Shown: positions 30,369 through 40,700 of the stretch, in pieces | Layout of the letters: the number at the start of each line of letters is the position of its first letter | Numbering within the stretch: the stretch's first letter is position 1 | Assembly (NCBI GenBank): GCA_965649295.1 | Contig: CBFGKH010000009.1 | Span: forward strand, 32,001-96,000 | DNA: 64,000 nt | From: a candidate division WOR-3 bacterium | GTDB lineage: Bacteria > Hydrothermota > Tepidihabitantia > Tepidihabitantales > Tepidihabitantaceae | Reading direction: 5' to 3' | The notes under the pieces: model-generated | Told to the model about the DNA's origin: nothing | The model's database searches: none | The model's input: the letters and a program-made list of their open reading frames with translations, nothing else | Translations under genes and position numbers: made by a program

Positions 30369-31912
30369 TGCGCAGACAGCGTATTGCAGTTCTTGTGGCC
30401 GCTATCGTTCTGGCGCTGGCAGTTGGCGGATTCTTTGGCCGGCTCTGGGCTCAGCGCGGTGCGAACCTAATGCAGAGTCTGCAGCTGTTTGAGCGGGTTG
30501 TGAGCATCGTACTGACCAATTACGTCGAACGAGTTGATCCCGCCAAGCTCATCACCGACGGTATCAAGGGTATGCTCAATGCGCTTGATCCTTACACCGA
30601 GTATCTCGACGAGAAGGGTTTTAAGGAACTACGGGTTCGTACTGAAGGTCAGTTTGGCGGCATCGGTATTCATATCGGTGTTGTTGATGAACGGCTGACC
30701 GTTATTTCGCCCATTGAAGGCACCCCTGCCGACCGCGCTGGAATTCGGGGCGGCGACCGTATTGCCAAAATCGAAGGGAAGAGCACTGTCGGTTTCACCA
30801 CTGATGATGCCGTCAAGTTGATACGCGGCGAGCCTGGAACCAAGGTGAAGCTCGAAATCGCCAGACCCGGGGTTGAGGGATTGCTGTCCTTCGAACTGAC
30901 CCGGGAGGTGATTAACATCAAGGCGGTTCCCTACGCCGGCATTGTGGCGCCGGAAATTGGGTATGTTCGGCTGGCCGATTTCTCGCGGGCGGCGACCCGC
31001 GACCTAAGCCGGGCTCTGGATTCACTTTTTGCTGTCGGCGCCAAGAAGATCATCCTCGACCTGCGGGCCAACGGAGGAGGACTACTGGCCGAAGGGCAGG
31101 ATGTTTCTGATCTCTTTCTCCCGCCAGGTCGGTTGATTGTTAAGACTCGTGGCCGCGTACCGGAGAGCGAGCGGGAATACCGTAGCGAAGAGGAGGATAA
31201 GCACGGCGACTACCCGATGATTGTACTGGTTGACCGTGGCAGCGCGTCGGCTTCAGAGATTGTTGCTGGGGCGCTCCAAGACTGGGAAAGGGCGCTCGTT
31301 CTTGGCGACACGACATTTGGGAAAGGTTCTGTTCAAACTATCCATCAACTCGGCCCCGACGTCGCGGTAAAGATCACTACCGCTTACTGGTACACCCCGA
31401 GTGGCCGCTGCATCAACCGACGCCACGATCGCGAGGGTGCCGTCATTGTTGACAGCACTGCTCGTGATACGACTCAGTACCGGACGCTTGGGCGTTTGCG
31501 GCTGCCGGTTTCTGGTGGCGGAGCAATTGTTCCGGACTACTATCTTGGTTACGAGCGGTTGTCGTCATTTGAGCTGCGGATCACCCGTGACGCATTCTTT
31601 GACTTCGCGGTCGACTATAACAACAGTCACGCTGGCTTGAACGCGAGTTTTGTGGCCGACTCAGTCGTGCTCGGTCAGTTCCGTAACTATCTAAGGACGG
31701 TGAAGAATCTCGAGTTCACCGATGCCGAGTTCGATTCCAGCCGCGATTACATCGCCGGCGAGATTGAACGCGAGGTGGTCGGTAAGTTGCTGGGGATGCG
31801 CGGAGAGTATCAGGTCAGACTGCGCCGCGACCCGCACGTGAAGAAGGCAGTCGAGCTACTCGGGCCGGCGCGGACAAGTGAAGCACTGATCCGCAGCGCC
31901 CGGCAGTCCTGA
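30368..31912 (+). CDS. S41 carboxyl-terminal processing protease (CtpA/Prc) with PDZ domain
   Basis: LDPY, FGGIGI, DLRANGGG, SASASEIVAG, TFGKGSVQ. Confidence 0.93.
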   Translation: MRRQRIAVLVAAIVLALAVGGFFGRLWAQRGANLMQSLQLFERVVSIVLTNYVERVDPAKLITDGIKGMLNALDPYTEYLDEKGFKELRVRTEGQFGGIGIHIGVVDERLTVISPIEGTPADRAGIRGGDRIAKIEGKSTVGFTTDDAVKLIRGEPGTKVKLEIARPGVEGLLSFELTREVINIKAVPYAGIVAPEIGYVRLADFSRAATRDLSRALDSLFAVGAKKIILDLRANGGGLLAEGQDVSDLFLPPGRLIVKTRGRVPESEREYRSEEEDKHGDYPMIVLVDRGSASASEIVAGALQDWERALVLGDTTFGKGSVQTIHQLGPDVAVKITTAYWYTPSGRCINRRHDREGAVIVDSTARDTTQYRTLGRLRLPVSGGGAIVPDYYLGYERLSSFELRITRDAFFDFAVDYNNSHAGLNASFVADSVVLGQFRNYLRTVKNLEFTDAEFDSSRDYIAGEIEREVVGKLLGMRGEYQVRLRRDPHVKKAVELLGPARTSEALIRSARQS

Positions 31913-31945
31913 GGCCCTTTGGTCGGCCACAGCAGCTAGACAAAG

Positions 31946-32779
31946 GTGCCGGAACTGCCAGAAGTCGAGACCATCCGACGCCGACTCTCTTCAGCAGTTG
32001 TTGGTCGGAAGATAACGGCGGTACGTGTCCAGCGGGCTGACATCGTCGGTTTCCCGGCTAGTACTCGGGCCTTTGCCAACCGTGTCCGTCGCAGGACTAT
32101 CATCGCTGTTCTGCGGCGGGGGAAATACCTGATACTTCAGTTAGACAACGGCGGGCAACTGGTTATTCATCTGCGACTTAGCGGTCATCTGGCTGTCACT
32201 AGGTCACGTCACAGACTCCCATTTGAGAGAGCTCGTTTCGAGCTGGGTGATGGTCTGGTCCTGGTTTTTGTTGAGCCGCGGGCCTTGGGACGCATCTATG
32301 CTCTCGAAGCAGCTGGTCAATATCCAACGGTTCTAGCTGGACTAGCAAAGATGGGACCGGAGCCGATTACCGCTTCTTTCACGGCTGAGTTTCTGGCGGC
32401 CAAACTTCGGGGCAGAAGGTCCGTAATCAAGACTCTGCTGCTCGATCAGCGGGTCTGTTGTGGCGTCGGTAATATCTATTCCGATGAGGCGCTGTTTCGG
32501 GCTGGTGTGCGTCCGGATCGGCAGGCCGGTTCACTCAGTAGAACTGAGGTTATTCGACTCTGGCGCTCGCTGCGGCAGGTACTGCGGGATGGCATCCGTT
32601 GGTGCGGTACGACGATGCTCGACTCGCGCTATGTTCTGCCCGATGGCGCAACCGGTGGGTTTCAGCACCGGTTGCGAGTCTTTGGCCGCGCCGGCGAACC
32701 CTGTTGCTGTGGTAGTACAATTCAGCGGCGACGGATCGGCGGCCGCAGCACCCATTTCTGTCCAAGTTGTCAGGCATAG
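31946..32779 (+). CDS. mutM: Formamidopyrimidine-DNA glycosylase
   Basis: PELPEVE, RRGKY, HLRLSG, GVGNIYSDE, C-terminal zinc finger FCPSCQ. Confidence 0.95.
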   Translation: MPELPEVETIRRRLSSAVVGRKITAVRVQRADIVGFPASTRAFANRVRRRTIIAVLRRGKYLILQLDNGGQLVIHLRLSGHLAVTRSRHRLPFERARFELGDGLVLVFVEPRALGRIYALEAAGQYPTVLAGLAKMGPEPITASFTAEFLAAKLRGRRSVIKTLLLDQRVCCGVGNIYSDEALFRAGVRPDRQAGSLSRTEVIRLWRSLRQVLRDGIRWCGTTMLDSRYVLPDGATGGFQHRLRVFGRAGEPCCCGSTIQRRRIGGRSTHFCPSCQA

Positions 32780-32785
32780 GAGGGC

Positions 32786-33718
32786 ATGTTGCAGAGTCGT
32801 ACACTGGGGATTATTGTTCACGGTGGAGTGGGAACAATTGCCGACAAATCGGCCTGCGCCGATGGCCTTGTTCCGGCCATCGAGGAGGGTTATCGGTTGT
32901 TGCGTCAAAGCGCTAGTGCCCAGGAAGCAGTGGTGACTGCAGTGCGAATTCTCGAAGAGAGCGGGTTGTACAATGCTGGCAGCGGAGCTGAGTTGAACGC
33001 TGACGGGCAGCAGGAGATGGACGCGGCGTTGATGACGCAGGATGGCCGATTTGGTGGGGTCTGCTGCATCAGTGGGGTGAGGAATCCGATTCTTGTTGCC
33101 GAGAAGGTGATGCTTGATACCGACTATCTGCTGCTTGCGGGCGAAGGAGCTCGGCAGTTCGCGCGTCGGTGCGGATTTGCCGAAAGTGATGAAGTCAGTG
33201 AAAGCGCACGCCAGCGGCTGCAGCAATTCACCGCGGCCAGTACAGCAGCAGCCGGCGGCGTTGAACAGACGGTAAGTCAAACGGGCGCCGACGCGGTCCT
33301 TGGCAAAGATACCTATATCGGCACTGTTGGAGCAGTGGCAGTTGACAAGCATGGTGCGCTTGCTGTAGCCAGTTCAGCTGGTGGGCCTGTTGGTCGTTTG
33401 CGCGGTAGGGTCAGCGACACGGCTATCATTGGCGCTGGTATCTATGCCGGTCCAAGCGGTGCGGTCGCTTGCGCCGGTCAGGCTGAGGAGATAATGCGAG
33501 GACTGCTGGCGCGAGAGATTGTCGCCAAGATGGCTACAATGCCGGGTTCGGTGGCGGTCACGCTGGCCATGGCTGAAGCGCGGCGGCGAAAGATTCGTTG
33601 TGGCGTTATCGGTTTCGACGCTCATGGCGCGGTCTGCTACGGTCACACGACGCCTGAGCTTGCTTACGGCTACAAAGTGGCGGAGCGGCTTTTTCTCTTT
33701 GTTGCTGCGAGAAAGTAA
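32786..33718 (+). CDS. Isoaspartyl peptidase/L-asparaginase family (Ntn hydrolase), degenerate motifs
   Basis: VHGG, YNAG.G, EMDA, NPI, GTVGAVA, GRVSD. Confidence 0.82.
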   Translation: MLQSRTLGIIVHGGVGTIADKSACADGLVPAIEEGYRLLRQSASAQEAVVTAVRILEESGLYNAGSGAELNADGQQEMDAALMTQDGRFGGVCCISGVRNPILVAEKVMLDTDYLLLAGEGARQFARRCGFAESDEVSESARQRLQQFTAASTAAAGGVEQTVSQTGADAVLGKDTYIGTVGAVAVDKHGALAVASSAGGPVGRLRGRVSDTAIIGAGIYAGPSGAVACAGQAEEIMRGLLAREIVAKMATMPGSVAVTLAMAEARRRKIRCGVIGFDAHGAVCYGHTTPELAYGYKVAERLFLFVAARK

Positions 33719-33772
33719 CTCCACCATCTTGATTGACCGCACACTTCACTCGGCTAGACTGGTAACACTCTG

Positions 33773-36574
33773 ATGTTACGTCTGTTCAGTGCCTTGCTCA
33801 TTGTTGCCCAAGCCGGTGCCCAGGTTTCCTACTTTGGCAAGAACAAGCTTCAAACCAGAGCCTACGATTTCAAGAGCTACGAGACCGAGCACTTTCAGAT
33901 ACTGTTCTATTCCGGTGGTGAGGCTTTGGCCGAGTTTGCCGCGCGTTCGGCGGAGATGTACTACGCGACGATCAGTCGCGACTTAGGAGTTGAGCTAGAA
34001 GGTAAGACACCGCTACTGCTGTATCTTTCGCCCGGCCAGTTTGGCGAGACGAACGTCATCCTTGATATCCTTGAGGAGGGGGTCGGCGGCTTTTCGGAAC
34101 TAATCCGAAACCGAATCGTCATTCCGTTCGACGGTTCCTACAGCAATCTGCATCACGTCATTGGTCACGAGCTTGTCCACATCTTTCAGTTTCAGCTATT
34201 CTACCGCAATCGGCTGTCGGCGCTGTTGGGGGCGGTGAGTGAGTTTCGGATTCCGCTTTGGGTCATTGAGGGTCTGGCCGAGTTTATGTCGGGTTGGGTG
34301 AACCAGACCTCGGAGGCGTTCATGCGCGACTTGGTGCTAAACAACCGGCTCGTGCCCTTGCAAAACCTGCACGACGGGATGGGGTACTTGGTCTATCGCG
34401 AGGGCGAGTCGTTCTATCACTTCGTTGCCGAACGCTATGGCCGAAATCGTGTTTTCGAGTTCATCCATCTACTGCGGAGTAAACGTAGTCTCGATGCCGC
34501 CTTTGCGGCCGCGTTCGGGATGACGATCGAGCGATTCAATGCCGAGTGGTCGCGATGGTTGCAGCTGAAGTATTGGCCGCAGATCGGTCGGTCGGTAGCG
34601 TTTGATACGCTCGCGCGAAAGCTCACTGACCATGTCCGCGACGGGTCGGTCTATAACACTGCTCCGGCAATCAGCCCAAGCGGTAACTCGGTTGCAATCG
34701 TGTCGGACCGCAATGAATACGCCGATGTCTATGTTATTTCGACTGTTGATGGCCGAGTGCTTGACCGTGTGGTGCGCGGTGGGCGGTCGGGCGGCTTTGA
34801 GGGTATGCACATACTCAGACCGGGCGTTGCTTGGTCACCGGATGAGCGGCTGATTGCTTTGTCCACGACAACTGCCGGCCGGGACAACATTACCATAGTT
34901 ACCTATCCTGGCGGCAGGGTGCAGCGGCGCATCTATGGGGCGCTTGATGCAGCATACTCGCCGCGTTTCAGCGCCGATGGAAGGCGACTGCTGTTTGTCG
35001 GGTTGAAGAACGGTTACAGTGATATCTATGAGACTGAGGTCGTTGGTGGGGAACCGAGACGACTGACCTATGATATTTACGATGACCGCGACCCGGCAGT
35101 TGCGAGTGATGGCCAGTTGCTCGCTTTCGTTTCGGATCGGCCTGACCCGAACGATGAATGGCGGCCCGGCGCCTATGCGGTGTGGCTGCGTGACAGAGAC
35201 GGTACCCTGCGAAGGATCAGTGAACGTTATGCGACGGTCACGTCACCATGCTTTGCGTCTGGTGATAGCTTACTGCTCTATGCTGTGTTCGATTCAGTCG
35301 GCTCGATTGTTGTTCACTCACTACCCGAGAACAGGCCAGTCCGCCGGGCCGAGCTGCTCGGTGAAGTCAGCTATCTGACGCTTTCGCGGGACGAGAAGAA
35401 GCTTACTTTTGCCTATTACGACAATGTCGGTTGGGACGTCTGTCTTGTGACTGACCCGTTGACTAGGCTGGCCGAGGATACCACGGCAAGTCGTTCTGTA
35501 CTTAGCGATACGATGCGGCGTACGAGCACAGGCCTTGACTTCAGTCGGGTGCGACCACTCGGGTTTCGGTTAGCGCTCGACTACGCGCTCGGTGCAGCAT
35601 CCTGGTCATCTGGTTCCCGAAGTGGGGTGACCGGAACTGTTTACTTGGCGGCCAGCGACATCCTCGGTAATCATCGCTTCATGTTTGCGACTGATATCAC
35701 CGGTGACATTGTCAATTCCGATTTCTATTTTGCCTACTGGTTGCTGCCTTATCGGGTTGACTACGGTTTCGGTTTGTTTCAGCAGCGCGGCTACGCCTAC
35801 TATCTGAACAACCTGACGGTGGTTGACCCGATTGCTAGAGGGGTGACGACGATAGCTGCCTATCCCTTTGATCGGTTTCTGCGGGCCGAGCTGGGCTTGA
35901 CCGGCTATGTCGTTCACGAGGATACTTGGGTGTTGCGCCGGGACGAGGGCTATGAGCTTCTCGGTGCCGGCAATGTACTGACTAGCTACGCGAGTCCTGG
36001 TCTTGTTTTCGATAACACCCTCTGGACAGTTGAGGGGCCGGCCCGGGGTGTGCGGGCGCGGCTGGCTGGCGACCTGAGTCTATTTGGTGCCAAGCGGTTT
36101 TGGGAACCCTATGCTGATTTGCGGTCTTATTTGCGGCTAGGACGGCGCTATACTTTGGCCAGTCGGCTTGCCGCTGCTGCTGGGCTGGGGCCTGATGGCA
36201 GTCGCTACACGATGGGCGGCGAGTATGTCCGCGGTTACAACTGGTATGAGTTCGTTGACAACCCTGGTCCGTTGCTCTCTATCGCCAGCCTGGAGCTGCG
36301 GTATCCGTTTATTGAGCGGCTGAAGCTCGGTTTTCCGCTGCCAATTGAAATCGGTGGTATCCGTGGCGTTGCCTTTGCCGATGCCGGACTGGTAGTGAAT
36401 GACTCAGTGCACGTCTGGCAGGGGGGTAGGCTCAAAGACCTGAAGGTCGGGCTTGGCTTCGGGCTTCGGGTTCAGATATCCTATTTCGCTCTCAAGTTGG
36501 ACTGGGCAAAGCCAGTCTCCAGCACCGCCGATCCCGGATGGAAAGTCGCCCTTGGTCTTGGCAGTGACTTTTAG
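33773..36574 (+). CDS. Omp85-family outer-membrane protein with N-terminal HExxH domain and PD40/TolB-like propeller
   Basis: HELVHIFQ...PLWVIEGLAE; SP.G/WSPD repeats; VRGY motif; GLGFGLR; terminal Phe. Confidence 0.82.
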   Translation: MLRLFSALLIVAQAGAQVSYFGKNKLQTRAYDFKSYETEHFQILFYSGGEALAEFAARSAEMYYATISRDLGVELEGKTPLLLYLSPGQFGETNVILDILEEGVGGFSELIRNRIVIPFDGSYSNLHHVIGHELVHIFQFQLFYRNRLSALLGAVSEFRIPLWVIEGLAEFMSGWVNQTSEAFMRDLVLNNRLVPLQNLHDGMGYLVYREGESFYHFVAERYGRNRVFEFIHLLRSKRSLDAAFAAAFGMTIERFNAEWSRWLQLKYWPQIGRSVAFDTLARKLTDHVRDGSVYNTAPAISPSGNSVAIVSDRNEYADVYVISTVDGRVLDRVVRGGRSGGFEGMHILRPGVAWSPDERLIALSTTTAGRDNITIVTYPGGRVQRRIYGALDAAYSPRFSADGRRLLFVGLKNGYSDIYETEVVGGEPRRLTYDIYDDRDPAVASDGQLLAFVSDRPDPNDEWRPGAYAVWLRDRDGTLRRISERYATVTSPCFASGDSLLLYAVFDSVGSIVVHSLPENRPVRRAELLGEVSYLTLSRDEKKLTFAYYDNVGWDVCLVTDPLTRLAEDTTASRSVLSDTMRRTSTGLDFSRVRPLGFRLALDYALGAASWSSGSRSGVTGTVYLAASDILGNHRFMFATDITGDIVNSDFYFAYWLLPYRVDYGFGLFQQRGYAYYLNNLTVVDPIARGVTTIAAYPFDRFLRAELGLTGYVVHEDTWVLRRDEGYELLGAGNVLTSYASPGLVFDNTLWTVEGPARGVRARLAGDLSLFGAKRFWEPYADLRSYLRLGRRYTLASRLAAAAGLGPDGSRYTMGGEYVRGYNWYEFVDNPGPLLSIASLELRYPFIERLKLGFPLPIEIGGIRGVAFADAGLVVNDSVHVWQGGRLKDLKVGLGFGLRVQISYFALKLDWAKPVSSTADPGWKVALGLGSDF

Positions 36575-37709
36575 GTGGTGCTATCTTGTCACCGGGCTAC
36601 TTCTCTGCTGGTATTGTTCTTTGGCAGTCGGGTTGGCCGAGCCAATTGACCTGCGGCAGTCGCTGGCCAAACTCGACAGCGCGAGCTCGTTCCGGTTCAG
36701 TCTCTCCTATCACGCCGGTGCGGGTTGGGGGATAGCGGCCAGTTTTCAGGGCTGGCGTCGTCGGCCCGACACCGAATTATGGGCCGGGACGTGGACCAAC
36801 CAAGGGGTCAGTTCGCAGGTGGCGATGGTCGCTAGCGGCAGCAAGCAGTACACAAAGGGCGATGATGGCCAGTGGCTGCTGACCCAACGCGGGGTGGAGA
36901 CCAGAATACTTGACCAGGTGCAAGCAGTCCTGCTCGATACGATGGCATCCTTGCTGCGTCCCGGTGTTTATGGCTTTGCGGCGCGGATGCCCCTGTTCGA
37001 TGCCGCCGCAGCTGGACGGTATCAGGGCGAGATTAGAATCGGCCGTAACGGAATGCCGGTTGCCATAGCCGTGCGTGAGACTGGCGGGAAGAGTGGCTGG
37101 GAGTGCCGGTTCAGCCGGTTCGGTTGGCCGGTGCGCATCCGGCTGCCGTTTGTCCCGGCCCAGACGATTCGTATCCAGCCCGAGACGAGGCACTGCTGCT
37201 GTGTTGTGCAGCAGGCGCGACGGCGGCTGATTGCCAGGTTTCGGTCAATCGGAGTTGATGTTCGGCTGGCGGCTGGTGGCCGAGTCATGGTTGACCAGGC
37301 GCTACCGGTTTCGCTCCTCGGAATGCTGGTTGGACAGGGCAAGGTCGAGCTCTGGTCTGCTGTTCGCACTGAAGACACGGCTGGCCAGCCAGTGGCTGGC
37401 GATGTCGCGCGCCGGGTTCGACTTGAACATTGGCTGCTTGCTAACCGCTCGCTGCTTGCTCGGCCTGATACCTTGCTACCGCTTTCGCCAACTCTGACTT
37501 GTGCGATTCTACCCGATTCAGTCGCTCGACTGGTAGCCCTAGTGGTTGATGGGCAAGTCCTTGATGTCCGTGAGGTGGAGCCTTACCAGGACAAGGTGCA
37601 GTTCTCTGAACTGGGTTCATCACCGTTTGTCGCGGCAATCGCGGCGATGGCGCAAGCCGCGCCATTGCCATTCGGTTTTAGGGTAGTCGAGGTCGGTAAT
37701 GGCCGCTAG
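36564..37709 (+). CDS. Secreted hypothetical protein (LolA/LppX-like N-domain plus SecD periplasmic-domain-like C-domain)
   Basis: GTG 36564 gives a signal peptide; overlaps both neighbours; domain calls are by eye. Confidence 0.6.
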   Translation: MTFRWCYLVTGLLLCWYCSLAVGLAEPIDLRQSLAKLDSASSFRFSLSYHAGAGWGIAASFQGWRRRPDTELWAGTWTNQGVSSQVAMVASGSKQYTKGDDGQWLLTQRGVETRILDQVQAVLLDTMASLLRPGVYGFAARMPLFDAAAAGRYQGEIRIGRNGMPVAIAVRETGGKSGWECRFSRFGWPVRIRLPFVPAQTIRIQPETRHCCCVVQQARRRLIARFRSIGVDVRLAAGGRVMVDQALPVSLLGMLVGQGKVELWSAVRTEDTAGQPVAGDVARRVRLEHWLLANRSLLARPDTLLPLSPTLTCAILPDSVARLVALVVDGQVLDVREVEPYQDKVQFSELGSSPFVAAIAAMAQAAPLPFGFRVVEVGNGR

Positions 37710-40700
37710 GTCTTGGCTTTGTCTCCTAATTGGCCTGGCAGTGGCGACTGCGGCAAGTGGAGAACCGAAAGTGCAGGTTCTCGGTTCAGACCGGACCGGC
37801 TTCAGCTGTCGCGTCGAGTTTGGGGAGCCGGTCTTGGTGGCCCGGGGTCAGGCTAGCAGGGTGGAGCTGGACGGCTGCGACAACGTGGCAGAGCCAGGCT
37901 GCTTCGACCTGCCGAGCAAGACGATTTGCGTTGGTCTGCCGCAAAGCGGTGGCTACCGTCTCGAAGTAGTAGCGCGTGATACTTACTCGCTGTCAGCAGT
38001 AGTGGCGCGGGTTCCGCGCTGCTCTTGGGAAGATGAATGGGACGGGCAAGGCCCAGCAGCGAGCGCGAGGGAAGGAGGAGCGGCAGAGTCTAGTGGCGCT
38101 GCTACTGAGAAGTGTGGGCAGTCAGGCTGGGTAGTCGCTGGTGCGATCAGTTGTCGGCGTGGGATTCGTTTCGTGCCGCTAACCCTCCGGCCTGTTCAAT
38201 ACGATGCCGGGCAGAGAACTGTCCAGGTTGCTCGGTCCCTTGAGCTGCGCGTTTGCTTCGAGCAACAGCCGGTTGAACTGAGTGTCACTGACCCGTTGAC
38301 CGCGGTGGTCGGAAATTGGCTTCTCAACGGCACGGTTGCCGCAGCCTGGAGAGTAGTGGAGATGGGCGCCAATCCTAATCCTTTTGCCCGGTCGGCAAAT
38401 TGGCTGCGGATTAGAATTGATTCGACCGGCCTCTACGGGATTACCGGTCGCGACCTGGCGGCGGCCGGGTTGTCACTGTCTGGTTTGGCTGTATCAACCC
38501 TGGCTTTGTACCGTCCGCAAGGAGCAGACCACGGGGCTAGCTTTGATTCGTTGGTGCCGGTTCCGATCCATGTTGACGATGGCGGTGATGGCAGGTTTGA
38601 TGCCGATGATGTTATCGTATTCTGGGGGATTGGTGCGAGCCACTGGACTGCGCTGCAAGCCGAGTATGTGACCAATCTCTACTCGAACCAGAGCGCATAC
38701 TGGCTGACATGGAATGGTGCGGCTGGTGCGCGGATGCCGGCTGGGCTTGGTCCTGATTCGATCGGGGCCAGGCGCGTCACGACCGGTCTTGGCCGGGCTC
38801 GCATCGAGAAGGACTTGATATGTCCGGCACGTTCGGGTCTGCTCTGGCTTTGGCAGCAACTCTACAAGCCGCGGGAGCAGTTGGAGGCTTTGTTCCAGAC
38901 CGACATTCGGCTAGTAGCGCCGTCTCGGCTCCTCGGTATTGCTGGCCGACTGCTTGCTGATTCTTCAGGTAATACTGTCAGCGTGAAATTGAATGGTCGG
39001 CAGGTCGGAACATTAGTTTTCAACGAGGCAACACCGGGCCGGCCGTTTCTTTTCAGCCTGGCTGCTGACTTGCCACTTGATTTCAGCAGCAACAGTATCG
39101 AGCTCAGCCTGCGTGGCAACGGTGGCAAGCGGCTCTGGGTTGACTATTTCGAGTTCGAGTACGAGAAGCGACTGACACTCGAATGCGGCCAACTTTTCTT
39201 TGTGACAACCGACACCGGTCTCTGTCGCTATGTGCTGCGTGGTGTCAGTGCCTTGCCCTATGTGGTCAATACGACCGTGCCGGAACGGCCGTTGCTGATT
39301 ACCGAGCCGCTCTGGCAAGGCGACAGTCTTGCTTTCTGCCATCGTGCTGGCCAAGCCAATGAGTTTGCAGTCGCGACCCGGAGTCAGTTGCGCCGGCCAA
39401 GCGAGATTCGGCGCTGCCAGCCGGGTCGGCTGCGTGACCGACTGGTGGCGGCTGACTACTGGATAATCGCACCGTCAGCCCAGTTTGCAGCGGCAGAGCG
39501 GTTAGCTCGCTATCGAACCGGCAACGTTCCCGGCATCAGCAATGCTCGGGTTGCGGTCGCAGTTCTCGAGGAGGTCTATGACGACTATGGCGGCGGCAAT
39601 GAATCTCCTTGGGCAGTGAAAAACTTCATTGCCGACAAGCAGCCAAGTTATGTCCTGCTCGTTGGCGACGCGACTTGTGACTATCGCGGGCTATTGGGCC
39701 CCAGACCGGCTGGCGTGCCGGCCTGGGAGTATGGCTATGGTCTCAATCCGGATGCCTATGACCGAACCGTCATGGCCTTTGATGCCTGGTATGCCGACTT
39801 CGAGGGTGATGGCGGGTCGCCGGACGCTATCCTTGGACGAGTGACCACCCGGGACGGAACTGAACTATCGCAATACGTCAGTCGAATCATTGAGTATGAG
39901 TCACGACCAACTGGCTACTGGCAGCGACGTTTTCTGTTGCTGGCTGACGACGAGTTCGAAGGGTCGGTGAGCCGGCCGGACCCGATTGGCTTTGGCCACA
40001 TCGCCTATTGCGAGGCGATGGCCGCACTCGCCGACAATACCCTAGAACCGGTCAAGGTGTATCTTACCGAGTATCCGTATGTCGGGGTGAAGAACAAGCC
40101 TGGCGCCCATGCTGCTTTGATGCGGGAGCTAGGTCGTGGCGGTCTGGTCTTGGTCTTCTTTGGTCATGGCGCAGGTCACGACCTGACGCACGAGAGCGTA
40201 TTGAACATCACTCACACCAGCAGCATCCGTAACGAAGGCCGGTCACCAGTGTGTTTCTTCGGCAGTTGCTCGGTGGGAAGATTCGACGACTGGCTCTTTG
40301 AGTGCATTGCCGAGGATATTGTCCGGCAGGGTGGGGCGATTGCAGCAGTGGCAGCAACCAAGGCGACCACTTCTGGTTCAAATCAGGTATTCTGTCGTCA
40401 GTTCTTGACCCCACTCTTCTCGTGGCCGGATTCGACAGTCGGACTCAGCTTCTTTCTTGCCTGGCCAACCGACCGCATCTATCACTTCTTCGGCGACCCA
40501 GCGCTGCGGCTACGTCTGCCGACCGTTGCGACCGCTCCGGTGACGGTTCGGCCCAGTGTTGCCCAACCGTTGCTTGAACTCTCCTGCCGAGCAGTGCTCG
40601 ACACTTCGGCCGGCGAATACGAGTGGCGGTTCTTTGGGCCGCGCCGCAGCCGGCTCTATCGGTCAACTCAGGGCCAGGTAATCTACCTGCTGGCGGGAAC

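Noticed and set aside
32695..32779. Fpg zinc finger with CxC instead of CxxC as pseudogene evidence
   Set aside because: Four ligands are still available and the frame is intact; a minor variant
32531..33352. Long antisense ORFs (also 864-1406, 43634-44263, 56856-57488)
   Set aside because: Shadows of well-identified genes in GC-rich DNA
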